Source of the DNA: Ignavibacteriota bacterium
GTDB lineage: Bacteria; Bacteroidota; Ignavibacteria; Ignavibacteriales; Melioribacteraceae
Reading direction: 5' to 3'
DNA: 64,000 nt
Assembly: GCA_013112585.1 (NCBI GenBank)
Contig: JABFGH010000016.1
Span: forward strand, 5,330-69,329
The first letter of the stretch is position 1. Each line of letters opens with the position of its first letter. Shown here one piece after another: positions 35,563 to 46,092 of this stretch. The position numbers were made by a program, and so were the translations under genes. Under the pieces are notes generated by a model. That model worked only from the letters and a program-made list of their open reading frames with translations. It was not told where the DNA came from and made no database searches.

Positions 35563-37242
35563 CTATTTGAGCAGTATCATCTTCTTAACACTGACAAATT
35601 TTTCCACCTGCAACTTATAAAAATAAATTCCTGAGTTTAAGTTTTCAGCATTAAATGTAATTGAATGATTACCAGCTTCAAGATTGTCTTTTACCAATTC
35701 TGCAACTTCCTGACCGATTGTATTGAATACAGTTAGTTTAACATTTGCCGCTTCCGGAAGGCTGAATGTTATTGTTGTACTTGGGTTAAATGGATTTGGA
35801 TAATTGTTTCCAAGTACGTAGTCGGATGGAACATCTATCACATTATCGTCCACATCTGTAACGCCGGATGGTAAGTTTAAGTTAACAACTTGGCTTGTAC
35901 CGCTTGATAGATCCAAATTAATGTTTTGAGTTTGACTTTGGTAATTTACTTTAGTTGCAGTTAAAGTATAATCGCCGCTGTTCAATCCGCTAATATTATA
36001 TTGCCCTGATGCATCTGTCATTGAATAAGCCATCATTTCCTGATTTGTGTTTGACACAGAAACCATAACACCGGAAACCGGATCTCCATTGCTTGTAATT
36101 ATACCATTAATGTTGCCGGGAAACACCAGCACAGGCATTTCAGTTAATACTGCATTAATACCAAATATATCAGACTGCAGATCAATAGGATCAGCATCTT
36201 CCCAAATTATTGCACCGTCATAGAATTGGGGCGCATATCCCATTCTATAAAACAGCACATAATAAATTCCCTGAGGAAGGTTTGGTATAAAGTAATTTCC
36301 TGTGCTATCGGTAATGGCAAAACCAAAGCTTCCTAATTGATTTCCAAATGCTGCAACTATTGTTGAGTTTAATCCCGCGCCCAAACTATCTGTAACTGTT
36401 CCGCTAATTGAATAAAATTCCAACGGTGTTATTTCTTCTAAGGAAAAATCTATGCCGGTTATCAGTGTGTCTTCAGATGAATCAATTATAATTCTGTCCG
36501 CCAGAAACATTTCAGGCTTGTTATCATAGAATTCTTTTTTGTAGCCTTCCTTTTTTGCCATAACAATAAAAGAATTTCCGAATGGGCTTACATGTTCAAT
36601 GGTAATAGAATATTCACCGTTTTCGTTTGTAAAATCGGTAAGGTTATAAACTATACCCCCCGAATTATTTCCGCCGGAAAAAATACTTACTCGAGCATTC
36701 TCTAATGGATTACCATTTTCGTCTTCAACTATACCTTCAATTGTAGCACTAACAAAATTTGGCGTTGGAATTCCGAAATCAATATTCTCCGTTGCCATAC
36801 TATCACTAACGGTTACCGGAGTTGCTTCAGCAAAATTCTGCACATCATCATAAAACTCTACGTATGGATTAAGCATTACAGGGTCTAAATAATATTCTAC
36901 CATAACGTAATAATCCCACGGCGGCAATTGATATTCATAGTATCCTGCTGAATCTGTAAATGCAATTGGAGCTGCAAAAAATTGCGGACCTCCGGCAGTT
37001 GCCATAAAGTGAACCGCGGCGCCCAATATTGGTTCATTGCTTCCATCAAAAAATACATGACCGGAAATTGTGCCGAAATCTGAATCGTTTGCTGTCCCAT
37101 CTAAATTGTAGGCAACAACTTTTGCATTATTGATTCCCAATTGTGTTTGAGAATCGGTAACTTTTCCTGTAACCGTTATTGCTTGAATGTTGGATAGAAA
37201 GATGAAAGAAAGAATTAAAAATAATAGTTGTTTATATTTCAT
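35563..37242 (-). CDS. secreted protein with repeated carboxypeptidase-regulatory-like (Ig-like) domains and T9SS C-terminal sorting domain
   Basis: 559 aa with signal peptide. Repeated G.V.D..G.P..GA.V motifs. C-terminus NYPNPFNPSTTITFSLPE...VKLTVFNTIGQEV. Confidence 0.72.
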   Translation of the reverse strand: MKYKQLLFLILSFIFLSNIQAITVTGKVTDSQTQLGINNAKVVAYNLDGTANDSDFGTISGHVFFDGSNEPILGAAVHFMATAGGPQFFAAPIAFTDSAGYYEYQLPPWDYYVMVEYYLDPVMLNPYVEFYDDVQNFAEATPVTVSDSMATENIDFGIPTPNFVSATIEGIVEDENGNPLENARVSIFSGGNNSGGIVYNLTDFTNENGEYSITIEHVSPFGNSFIVMAKKEGYKKEFYDNKPEMFLADRIIIDSSEDTLITGIDFSLEEITPLEFYSISGTVTDSLGAGLNSTIVAAFGNQLGSFGFAITDSTGNYFIPNLPQGIYYVLFYRMGYAPQFYDGAIIWEDADPIDLQSDIFGINAVLTEMPVLVFPGNINGIITSNGDPVSGVMVSVSNTNQEMMAYSMTDASGQYNISGLNSGDYTLTATKVNYQSQTQNINLDLSSGTSQVVNLNLPSGVTDVDDNVIDVPSDYVLGNNYPNPFNPSTTITFSLPEAANVKLTVFNTIGQEVAELVKDNLEAGNHSITFNAENLNSGIYFYKLQVEKFVSVKKMILLK

Positions 37243-37500
37243 TTATACCTCCCCATAAATAAATTAATTTCTTTCTGTGAACCAAAATAAATGCCAGCAG
37301 AGACGCCAAAATATTTTTCACACTGATACTTATTATTTTAAATTATAAACAAAATTTTATAAAAAAGTATCACAAAAACTTTACACAACTCTCAACCATA
37401 AAACCTGCAAAAAATTACTACGCAAATTTTTCATGCCCTAATGCAAAATATGCAGACAAAGATCAAAATACATTTGAAATGATTTTATTTTTGGAGGAGA

Positions 37501-37527
37501 TAAAAAAGACCATCGATCGATGGCCTT
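37501..37527 (-). terminator. intrinsic terminator of 37547-38017
   Basis: Minus strand: AGGCCATCGATCGATGGTCTTTTTTA. Confidence 0.6.
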
Positions 37528-37546
37528 TAAGGTAATTTTATTAATT

Positions 37547-38017
37547 CTAATTAGACTGTCTTCTTCCGCCGGCATCGCCAATGAGAACCCACTTGTTGCC
37601 TTTTTTCATGAGTATGTCAGTCCATCTTCCGCCGCTCATTTTTTCCTTACCTTCTTTATTTTTTTCAACGGTAGAGAAATAATAATGAACGAAAGCAAAT
37701 TCACCTTTTACCCAAATCGAAACCGGTGTAATTGTATAAAGTACAGTTGAATTATTTGACATATCCCAGCGGACATATTTACTAACGTTAGCTTTGTTGT
37801 TAGGAACAGGTGCGCGGTTATTCCAACCGGTGTAGCTTTCATCAAAATAGTTTAGAAAACCGTCAACATCACCTTTTGATGATATTGACCAATAGGCTTC
37901 AACACTTGCCCAGACATCTTTTTGCTCGCTGCTCCACTCTTGAGCAAAAGTGCTATTTATTAGAATTAAAGAAAAAGCAATTATTAAAATAGATTTGAAG
38001 TATTTTGACATACTCAA
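37547..38017 (-). CDS. secreted NTF2-like (SnoaL/DUF4440-like) protein
   Basis: 156 aa with signal peptide. The W..V..Y......GD.DGF...F...Y.GW pattern is typical of the NTF2-like fold. Confidence 0.55.
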   Translation of the reverse strand: MSMSKYFKSILIIAFSLILINSTFAQEWSSEQKDVWASVEAYWSISSKGDVDGFLNYFDESYTGWNNRAPVPNNKANVSKYVRWDMSNNSTVLYTITPVSIWVKGEFAFVHYYFSTVEKNKEGKEKMSGGRWTDILMKKGNKWVLIGDAGGRRQSN

Positions 38018-38446
38018 TCTCCCTTATTTGTGGTTGATTTATTTAGTTTCTCCACGGTTATTTTTGTTCTCATGTTCAAATTTTAATTTAGAATAATTAT
38101 CCAGGATAAATCAGTGCGATAGAGATCACCGGGAAGCAAAATTAAAATAAGATAAAATATCGAATTAACAATGGCTCTTTCAAATATAATTGTTGTGTTT
38201 TATTTAGGGTTACAAAAACTATTATAAGAATCTGCAGGCGATTTCTGTGACTAACATACAATAAAACCGTTCTCTCGTGTTTTATTGCACAAATAGTTCC
38301 ACTCTTAATTCGGATATTGGGTCTAATTAATTCACGTTCTCACTTTGAGACTAATATTTAATATAAAACTGAAAATTTGGTCTCTTTTCGAAGGATGATA
38401 TTGGTACTCACTTTGAACATAAATATTATAAAATAAAGGAAAGAAA

Positions 38447-38593
38447 ATGTTTTCATTACCAAACTTTACGGAATTTCTCGGCTTTGCATCTATTATTCCT
38501 GTTTATCTAGTAATTGTATTTTATTTGATATCTATTAAAAACAAGCCCGCAAAAAACAATAAGCAGTCCTCAATTTTTCATAAAGCAACTTAG
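38447..38593 (+). CDS. small single-TM peptide (48 aa), hypothetical
   Basis: AAGGAAAG ribosome-binding site 7 nt upstream. MFSLPNFTEFLGFASIIPVYLVIVFYLISIKNKPAKNNKQSSIFHKAT. A TM segment followed by a basic tail is reminiscent of CcoQ/FixQ-like peptides, but there is no supporting context. Confidence 0.3.
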   Translation: MFSLPNFTEFLGFASIIPVYLVIVFYLISIKNKPAKNNKQSSIFHKAT

Positions 38594-38751
38594 CTTTCTT
38601 CTTCATTATTGTATAAAAACCAATTAATCTCACTCCTTATTATTCAATCATTAAGCAATCTTATATTAAGCAATCACCAAAATTAGGTCACAAAAAAACG
38701 ACTTTCTTGTTCAACTTACTATTTACTAACTTGAAATAAAAATGAGAGCCC

Positions 38752-39180
38752 ATGTCCAATTATACAAAATTTATTTTTTTAATTTTTATTTCAATATTAA
38801 TTAACTCCTGCGCAGAGCACATTGTTGAAAGCACTCCATCAATAATTGATAAGCAAAATCAAGATAAGGTTCTGGCAAAATTCTCTTCTATTCAAGATAG
38901 AGTTTTAAATTTGTCTTGTGCAGTAAGCGGTTGTCACAACGGCACTACTTTCCCAAATTTGAGCGAAGGCGGTGCATATGCCAATATTGTTGGTGTTACC
39001 GGCTCGTCGGGGCAAAACTTAATTGAACCGGGAGATGCAAATAATAGTTATCTGTACCTAAAAATTGTAGGCGCCTCGGGTATTTTCGGCGATCAAATGC
39101 CGAAAGGACAAGACCCTTTGCCCGGCGAAGTAATTGACTCGATTAAAATGTGGATTGATAACGGAGCTTTGAATAATTAA
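38752..39180 (+). CDS. lipoprotein with planctomycete-cytochrome-c-like (PSCyt1-like) domain
   Basis: Lipobox LINSC. C....GCH followed by ...PG....S.L...........MP......L....I..I..WI..GA. Confidence 0.5.
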   Translation: MSNYTKFIFLIFISILINSCAEHIVESTPSIIDKQNQDKVLAKFSSIQDRVLNLSCAVSGCHNGTTFPNLSEGGAYANIVGVTGSSGQNLIEPGDANNSYLYLKIVGASGIFGDQMPKGQDPLPGEVIDSIKMWIDNGALNN

Positions 39181-39195
39181 TCACAAGGAGATGCA

Positions 39196-39762
39196 ATGAA
39201 AAAGTTTCTATTGATATTAATTTTAGTATCAAGTATAATTTTTGCCGATGAATGGCAGGTTGAAAAAACAACTAAAAATTCCGTGCAGTTTATATCTTCA
39301 ACTACTTTGCTCGATTTTGAAGGCAACACCACTAACATCGACGGTTATCTTTACTGGGAAGGCGAAAGTATGTTTGCGGATAAAAATGAACTTTATTTTG
39401 AAGTTGATTTAAATAGTGTAAAAACCGGGAACGCCAAGCGTGATAGGGATATGCGAGAAGAGGTTCTTGAGACTGATAAATTTCCTACAACTCACTTTAA
39501 AGGAACAATAATAAAGTTTGAAGAAAAGGAAGCTGGTATTTATTCTGTGATAACAAAGGGCTTGTTTTCTTTACACGGCAACAAAATGGAAATGGAAATT
39601 CCGGGCGACATAACAATTAAGGATGGCGCGATGAATATTCAAACACACTTTTCCGTTTTCTTAAATGAGTTTGATATTGAAGCACCAAGTCTGCTTGCAT
39701 TTATTAAAGTTGCCGAAGAAATAAAACTTAATCTAAAGTTCTATTTAAAAAAAGCTGAATAA
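39196..39762 (+). CDS. YceI-family periplasmic polyisoprenoid-binding-like protein
   Basis: 188 aa with signal peptide. The segment SV.TGNAKRDRDMREEVLETDKFP...F.G is the YceI signature. Confidence 0.78.
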   Translation: MKKFLLILILVSSIIFADEWQVEKTTKNSVQFISSTTLLDFEGNTTNIDGYLYWEGESMFADKNELYFEVDLNSVKTGNAKRDRDMREEVLETDKFPTTHFKGTIIKFEEKEAGIYSVITKGLFSLHGNKMEMEIPGDITIKDGAMNIQTHFSVFLNEFDIEAPSLLAFIKVAEEIKLNLKFYLKKAE

Positions 39763-39766
39763 ACTT

Positions 39767-40642
39767 ATGATGAAAAATTTGAAACTTGTTATCCCAATTT
39801 TATTATTGTTCTCTTTTGAAATTTTAGCGCAGCCGAGATGGAAAAAAAGCGAGCCGACAGCTCAGGTTAAATTGCAATTATTCCATTCAACAGAAACGGC
39901 AAATTTTCCCACAACTGAAACTCTAGGCAAATTTGATTTAATGTATGAAATCTCCCATCGCTTTATTCCATCAATTAAAGATGGGTATGATGTTTATTTC
40001 GGCTTGGATGGGCCTGCAAGAATTAGAACTGCTATTGGCTTCGGTATTACTGAAGATCTTATGGTTACTCTAGGTAGAAGCAACGATATTGATAATTTGG
40101 ACCTGCAATTCAAACAAAGACTGATTGAATTTCCGAATGATATTATTCCTAGTGTAATTGCAGTTAGAGCAGGCATTGCCTGGAACACCGAAGTACCAGA
40201 TGGAATTGATAGAAAGCGAACCGACGGGGATAATTTTCAATATTATGCCCAGTTGATTTATAACGGGATGCTGTTTGATAAAAAATTAGGAATCGGAATT
40301 GTGCCATCTTACCTATACAACAGTTTTATATATGCCGTTGATAAACAATATACTTTTACCCTGGGAACATACGTGCAATATTATATTGATGCCATGTGGA
40401 GTTTTTGGGTTGAGTATAATCCCGTAATAGCCGGTTACCGTGGAGTGATTAGACTTGATGAAAGAGGAAAATCGCACAACAGTGTTGCAATTGGAATGGA
40501 TATTGAAACCGGCGGACATATCTTTCATTTAATCTTAACAAATAATGCACGATTAAATCCATCGCAATATTTGGTGGGGGCAGATAGATCCGCCAATGAT
40601 GATATGTGGAGATTAGGTTTTGGAATTAAGAGATATTTTTAA
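39767..40642 (+). CDS. outer-membrane beta-barrel-like protein (family recalled as DUF5777, often next to YceI)
   Basis: 291 aa with signal peptide, alternating hydrophobic beta-strand pattern, and C-terminal aromatic residue (RYF). Confidence 0.5.
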   Translation: MMKNLKLVIPILLLFSFEILAQPRWKKSEPTAQVKLQLFHSTETANFPTTETLGKFDLMYEISHRFIPSIKDGYDVYFGLDGPARIRTAIGFGITEDLMVTLGRSNDIDNLDLQFKQRLIEFPNDIIPSVIAVRAGIAWNTEVPDGIDRKRTDGDNFQYYAQLIYNGMLFDKKLGIGIVPSYLYNSFIYAVDKQYTFTLGTYVQYYIDAMWSFWVEYNPVIAGYRGVIRLDERGKSHNSVAIGMDIETGGHIFHLILTNNARLNPSQYLVGADRSANDDMWRLGFGIKRYF

Positions 40643-43600
40643 TTTTCAACCGGAACTTCAGCTTCCAGAAACACAACAGTAAATGTAGTGCCTTCCCCCT
40701 TTTTACTGCGGCATATTATTTTTGCGTCATTTAATTCACAATATTTTTTTACCAGGGCTAATCCCAATCCATTACCTTCAAACTTGCGCGTGTACCCTGT
40801 TTCCTCTTGCGAAAAAGCTTGAAATAAATTTTTCTGGAACTCTTCGGAAATACCTACACCGGTATCGGTTACGTTAACAACAATAAAATCCTCGTTGTCT
40901 TTTTTCGTTTCAACAACTATCTCGCCTTCGTTTGTGTACTTAATTGCATTGTCGATTAGGTTTACGAACAGTTGTGTAATCGTATATTCATCGCCCTGTA
41001 TGGTGCCGATATTTTCTTCAGGAATAAATTTGAGTTCAATGTTTTTTTGCTCGGCAGCACTACGGAACTCTCGTATTAGTTTGACTAAAATTTCGTTGAG
41101 GTCCAGCTTAGTAGGAAAAACTTCAAAGCTGTCCGTTTGAATTTGCGACATATTCAAAATTGAATCTATAGTTCTAATTAATCTTCTGCCGCCGCTTTCA
41201 ATTATTGTAAATCCCTCTTTCAATTCATTATTAATTTTACCAACCATTTCATTTTTAAGCAGATTGGAAAAATTCAAAATAGAATTTACCGGCGTTCTGA
41301 TTTCGTGAGACATCTGCGCTAAAAATTCTGACTTAAGTGCATCGGAGCGTTCAGCTTTTTCTTTGGCAATAAGTAATTCTCTTTCAGATTTCTCCAATTC
41401 CTTTTCATATTTTAGCCGGAATTTTATTCTCTCCTCCAGCTCTTTATTTTGCCTGGTAATAGTTGATATCCTTAATTTATATAAGCCGTAAATACTAAGC
41501 AGAAGTAATAATCCAACAATAATATAAAACCAAATTGATCTCCAAAACGGAGCTACAATTTCGAAGTGAACACTTGCCGGACTAAAATTCCAAATGTTGT
41601 TTTGATTTTTAGATATTACCTGGAATGTATATTTACCCGGCGATAAGCTGGAATATGAAACATGAGTATTTGAAGTTAAGGGCGACCACTCGGAGCCGGA
41701 AATTCTAAATCTATAAAGAACACTTTTGGGATTACTAAAATTTATTCCTGCATAATCAATTGATATTGAGTTGTTCTTATATGGAATCTGCTGGTAGGCA
41801 TCGGGGTTTTCTTTTACTAAGTGTAATATACTTTTAAATTCAACTTTCGGCTGACTATCGATAACTTTAAATTCCTTTATCACCGTTAAGGGTTCAAGCC
41901 AATTGGGTGTAACCTTTCTGGGGTCAACTCTAACTATTCCTGCAATTGTGCCAAACCACAAATCGCCGTCAGTGCCTTTAACCACAGCGTTTTGAGTTGT
42001 TTCTAATCCCGGTGTTCCGTCATATCTATTATAACCTAATATGCTAACTTGTTTGTTTTCGTTATAAGAACTGAAATCAATTTTATTAAGACCTTTATTT
42101 GTACCAACCCACAAATTATTGAAGTTATCAAAAATCATCAGCAGAACCGAGTTGTCATTTAACCCTTTTGCACTATTCAGTGTATCTAAAACCGCCGTTT
42201 CATTTTCAGTATTAAAATCATGAATCAGCACACCGACTTCATAAGTTCCTATAAATAATTTTTTTTGCTTATAGAGCAAACTGATTATAGAGTAACGGTT
42301 CAATTTATTAAATCTGTTCGTATAGCTAAGTTTATTATCTTTTACCTCGCACAAACCCCTTTCGGTACCTATCCAGATTCTATTTTCATGATCTTGAGTA
42401 ATGGAAAATATACTTTCAAACTCAAAGCCTGTTGTATTTTGAACTTGAGTAAACTTTCCGTTATCAAAATAAAAAACGCCGTGGTAGCCGGTTCCAAACC
42501 AAATGCGCCCTGTGTTATCTTCAAAAATAGAATAGACTCCGCCCGATTCAATAAATCCCTCCTCCTCATTAAATAGATCATACTTCCCATTTTCATATTT
42601 GACCACACCGCTGTCTATTCCAAACCATATTCTGTTCCTGCTGTCCTTTTTAATAGAGTAAACTGTATTACCATCAAAATATTCTGAGTTTATTTTTGAA
42701 AATGTACTATCCTCAAATTTTAAAACTCCTTTCGTATCAGTTCCTATCAATAACTCATTGCTGCTGTTAAACGTAAATGTCCACGGGCTTAAAATGCTGT
42801 CGTTAAATTTATCGTAAAGAATAAACTCTTTATTTTTTAATGAATAAATACCTGCATCTGTCGCAAACCATATTATCCCTTCTCTATCTTGAATAATACA
42901 CCATGTTTTTAAGTCGGTAAACCCGTTACGGTTTGAATAATTAATAAAATTAGTACCGTCAAATTCATTTAATCCCTTTTCGGTTGAAATCCAAAAAGTA
43001 CCGTTTGAGGTTTCGGATATCCAGAGAATTGAATTATCACTTAATCCGTCTTCGACTGTATAACGTACAAAACTGTTATTAATATATTTGAAAAGTCCCA
43101 TGTTGGTTGCAATCCAATAGACTCCTTTTCTATCGCGCAGAATATGCCTGATTGAGTAAGTAGAATCAATAACATCGGTAAATTTACGCTCAACTTTTCC
43201 ATTGATAATTTCGTAAAGACCGTTATACGTACCGATAAGGATATTGTTTATTGAATTAGCATAAATAGCCGGTACGTGATCGATATTTGCAGGCAGTTTA
43301 ATTTCATAAAATCTATTTTGGGAAATCTCAAAAACGGATAGACCATTTGTTGTTCCAATCAAAAGGTTGTCCCCGTCAACAACTGTAAGGGAATAAATAT
43401 CGTTGCTGAGCAAACCGTCTTCAACAAAATAATTAGTAAATTTATAACCGTTAAAACTGCTTAAACCCTTTTTCGTAGCCAGCCAAATAGTTCCGTTTTC
43501 ATCTTCTGCTATGGAGTAAATTGAGTTATCAGCTAATCCGTTACTTGAGTTGTATGATTTGAAGTTTAAGCCGTCATAAACATTAAGTCCCCCGCCGAAT

Positions 43601-43800
43601 GTACCAATATACAAATGCCCTGATGATGCCTGAAGCACATAAGATGATTGAGTAAGGCTTAAGCCGTCATCAACTTTATAATTTTTAAAATTATACTTTT
43701 GTGCAAATATTACATTGGCAAAAAGGGTAACGACAAATAATATATTATAAATTGGTTTGTGCATTAAATTTTTATTTTTTGAGGTAAAACAAAATAGCAT
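40639..43800 (-). CDS. sensor histidine kinase with propeller repeats and Y_Y_Y domain (HisKA type)
   Basis: 1053 aa. Same periplasmic architecture as 27701-30907. H-box SHEIRTPVN and HATPase_c (DTGVGI, GNGLGL). An alternative start lies at 43764 (MHKPIYN). Confidence 0.85.
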   Translation of the reverse strand: MLFCFTSKNKNLMHKPIYNILFVVTLFANVIFAQKYNFKNYKVDDGLSLTQSSYVLQASSGHLYIGTFGGGLNVYDGLNFKSYNSSNGLADNSIYSIAEDENGTIWLATKKGLSSFNGYKFTNYFVEDGLLSNDIYSLTVVDGDNLLIGTTNGLSVFEISQNRFYEIKLPANIDHVPAIYANSINNILIGTYNGLYEIINGKVERKFTDVIDSTYSIRHILRDRKGVYWIATNMGLFKYINNSFVRYTVEDGLSDNSILWISETSNGTFWISTEKGLNEFDGTNFINYSNRNGFTDLKTWCIIQDREGIIWFATDAGIYSLKNKEFILYDKFNDSILSPWTFTFNSSNELLIGTDTKGVLKFEDSTFSKINSEYFDGNTVYSIKKDSRNRIWFGIDSGVVKYENGKYDLFNEEEGFIESGGVYSIFEDNTGRIWFGTGYHGVFYFDNGKFTQVQNTTGFEFESIFSITQDHENRIWIGTERGLCEVKDNKLSYTNRFNKLNRYSIISLLYKQKKLFIGTYEVGVLIHDFNTENETAVLDTLNSAKGLNDNSVLLMIFDNFNNLWVGTNKGLNKIDFSSYNENKQVSILGYNRYDGTPGLETTQNAVVKGTDGDLWFGTIAGIVRVDPRKVTPNWLEPLTVIKEFKVIDSQPKVEFKSILHLVKENPDAYQQIPYKNNSISIDYAGINFSNPKSVLYRFRISGSEWSPLTSNTHVSYSSLSPGKYTFQVISKNQNNIWNFSPASVHFEIVAPFWRSIWFYIIVGLLLLLSIYGLYKLRISTITRQNKELEERIKFRLKYEKELEKSERELLIAKEKAERSDALKSEFLAQMSHEIRTPVNSILNFSNLLKNEMVGKINNELKEGFTIIESGGRRLIRTIDSILNMSQIQTDSFEVFPTKLDLNEILVKLIREFRSAAEQKNIELKFIPEENIGTIQGDEYTITQLFVNLIDNAIKYTNEGEIVVETKKDNEDFIVVNVTDTGVGISEEFQKNLFQAFSQEETGYTRKFEGNGLGLALVKKYCELNDAKIICRSKKGEGTTFTVVFLEAEVPVEN

Positions 43801-43890
43801 TGCGGAAAATTTATTGAATTATATCCATCAAAACAAAGTTTATTTAATATTGCAAATACATATTAAACCCGATAATTTTTTAAGTACACT

Positions 43891-45141
43891 TTATAAATCA
43901 GTTTTATGTGTAATTAACCGAATATCATTTTTATAAGTCAGGTAATAATACATCCACTCAGTCATAACCTTGTATCGTTTTTTGAAATTAATCAGCAGTG
44001 CGATATGAACAAAACCCCAAACAAGCCAGGCGATAAAACCGGACAGCTTAAATTTTTTAATCTGCAATACAGCTTTTGCCCTGCCAATTGTAGCAAGATT
44101 TCCCTTATCAAAATACTCAAACTTTTCTCTATCAGATTTGGGTATTTGCCGGGCAATAATTTTTGCAGCGTACTTACCCTGCTGTTCGGCAACCGGTGCT
44201 ACTCCGGGCAAAGGCTTTCCGTTTTCGCCGGTAAAATTAGCTGCATCGCCAATTACAAAAATATTCGGGTTGCCTGGAATGCTGCAATCGTTTTCGACCT
44301 TAACTCTTCCAGCTTTATCCTGTTCAACTTTTAAGTACTCCAATAATGGCGAGGCTTTGTTACCTGCAGCCCAAATAACATTGTTAGTTTTTATGAACTC
44401 ATCTTCAAACTGAACGCCTTCTTTATTAATCTCTTTAACAAATTTGTCAACCATTACTGTAACGCCTAAATCTTCAAGTGCTTTTTTTGTGTACCCGTTA
44501 AGAGGCTGATCAAATGAAGTAAGCAGTCTATCCAGTCCTTCGGCTAAAATTATTTTAAAATTTTTAGGGTCAATTGACTTAAATTCCTTAAGCATATTTT
44601 TTTTTGCTAACTCTGCAATAGAGCCTGCCATTTCTACCCCCGTTGGTCCGCCGCCCACAACAACAAATGTTAAATGTTTTTTCTTTTCCTCTTCGTTGTC
44701 ACATCTTTCAGCTCTTTCAAATGAGAGCAAAATGCGTTCGCGAATTTTTAGTGCATCTCCTATTGTTTTTAATCCCGGCGCGTACTTCTCCCAATCATCA
44801 TTACCGAAGTATGAGTGTTTTGCACCCGCGGCAACAATTAAGTAATCGAAAATAAAAGTATCGCCATTTAGCATTTTTACATTTTTATTTTCTTTATCAA
44901 TGTCTATTACCTCGCCCATAATAATTCTAATATTTTTCTGCTTGCGTAAAATTTCGCGCACCGGTGCAGCAATATCACCGGGAGATAAAGCGGCAGTTGC
45001 AACTTGATAAAGCAGCGGCTGAAATAAATGATGATTTGTTTTGTCGATAAGTAAAATTTCAACATCTGCATTTTTAAGAGACTTTGCCGCAGCAAGTCCG
45101 CCAAAGCCGGCACCGATTATTATTACTTTTGGCTTGTTCAT
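43891..45141 (-). CDS. ndh: type II NADH dehydrogenase (NDH-2)
   Basis: 416 aa. Two GxGxxG motifs (IIGAGFGG and VVGGGPTGVE) and a C-terminal membrane-anchor helix. Confidence 0.8.
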   Translation of the reverse strand: MNKPKVIIIGAGFGGLAAAKSLKNADVEILLIDKTNHHLFQPLLYQVATAALSPGDIAAPVREILRKQKNIRIIMGEVIDIDKENKNVKMLNGDTFIFDYLIVAAGAKHSYFGNDDWEKYAPGLKTIGDALKIRERILLSFERAERCDNEEEKKKHLTFVVVGGGPTGVEMAGSIAELAKKNMLKEFKSIDPKNFKIILAEGLDRLLTSFDQPLNGYTKKALEDLGVTVMVDKFVKEINKEGVQFEDEFIKTNNVIWAAGNKASPLLEYLKVEQDKAGRVKVENDCSIPGNPNIFVIGDAANFTGENGKPLPGVAPVAEQQGKYAAKIIARQIPKSDREKFEYFDKGNLATIGRAKAVLQIKKFKLSGFIAWLVWGFVHIALLINFKKRYKVMTEWMYYYLTYKNDIRLITHKTDL

Positions 45142-45324
45142 ATTTTCCTTATTTGATTAATACTTAAATTAGAAACTAATATGATTCCTTAAATGAATGA
45201 AGTATTAAAAATAAATTTAAGTTCCTCAACTTAAAGATTGAGAGAAATTATTAACATAAAATTAATACTTACATAATCAAATTTGAAAAACTAATTAATT
45301 TACTAACAGCAGGGGATCAGTTTA

Positions 45325-45362
45325 AACAAAAAAATCCGCACCCCTTAACGAGATGCGGATTC
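45325..45362 (-). terminator. intrinsic terminator of hsp20
   Basis: Minus strand: ATCCGCA-tctcgttaagggg-TGCGGATTTTTTTGTTT. Confidence 0.65.
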
Positions 45363-45381
45363 AGTTACATTAAATTGTTCG

Positions 45382-45843
45382 TTAGTTAACTTTAATATCA
45401 ATTTCTTTCGGTTTAACTTCATCGGCTTTTGGAATTAAGATATTCAGCGAACCGTTCTTAAACTCAGCTTTAATCTGATCATCTTTTATCTTTTCCGGTA
45501 ATCTGAAAGACCTGAAGTATTTTCCAAAGCTTCTTTCAACTCTGTGATATTTTGAATCTTTCTCTTCTTTTTCTTCCTTTCTTTCACCGCTTATCTGAAG
45601 TTCGCCGTTTGAGTAACTTATTTTTACATCTTTTTTATCTACACCCGGTAAATCGAGTTTTAGAGAATAAGAGTCGTTATTTTCAGCAATGTCGGTTAAG
45701 GGTGCCCAAACCGCGCTTTCATATTCTGCGTTATCGTCTTCTTTTCTAAAACCGAATCTGTTTTCGAAATTGTTGAACATTCTTTTGAATTCACGATCAA
45801 CGTCCAACAATTCTCTTGCAGGGTTCCATCTAACTAATGCCAT
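45382..45843 (-). CDS. Hsp20/alpha-crystallin small heat-shock protein
   Basis: MALVRWNP....D...... P.DI.E......L..DLPG..K.D..I......L.ISGER....E......R.ER.FG.F.R.F.LP...D...I.A.F.NG.L. ATG at 45843 follows AAGGAG and is preferred over 45873. Confidence 0.88.
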   Translation of the reverse strand: MALVRWNPARELLDVDREFKRMFNNFENRFGFRKEDDNAEYESAVWAPLTDIAENNDSYSLKLDLPGVDKKDVKISYSNGELQISGERKEEKEEKDSKYHRVERSFGKYFRSFRLPEKIKDDQIKAEFKNGSLNILIPKADEVKPKEIDIKVN

Positions 45844-45894
45844 TTTACTTCTCCTTAAATTGTTAAACATCATTTAATTATGTACTATACACTA

Positions 45895-45911
45895 TACAAC
45901 TTAGATGCCAA
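45895..45911 (-). promoter_or_regulatory. sigma-54-like promoter candidate P1 for hsp20 (imperfect -12)
   Basis: Minus strand TTGGCAT-CTAAG-TTGTA. The spacing is correct, but the -12 element reads GT instead of GC. Confidence 0.35.
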
Positions 45912-45988
45912 CTGGATATTTCACTGTAACTCTTTGTAATCAAACAACTTACGGGAAATCAAGTAAAAACTAAGGTCCATGACAATAT

Positions 45989-46004
45989 TGCAGCGAATTT
46001 GCCA
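45989..46004 (-). promoter_or_regulatory. sigma-54-like promoter candidate P2 for hsp20
   Basis: Minus strand TGGCAAATTCGCTGCA with GG-N10-GC. It lies about 145 nt upstream of the hsp20 ATG. Confidence 0.4.
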
Positions 46005-46092
46005 CATATTGAGTATGACTGACAAATATTATTAGAAGCAGACAAATTTGGTTTTCTCGGAATGTTGAAACTTGGAGCGGGATAGAAGTAAA

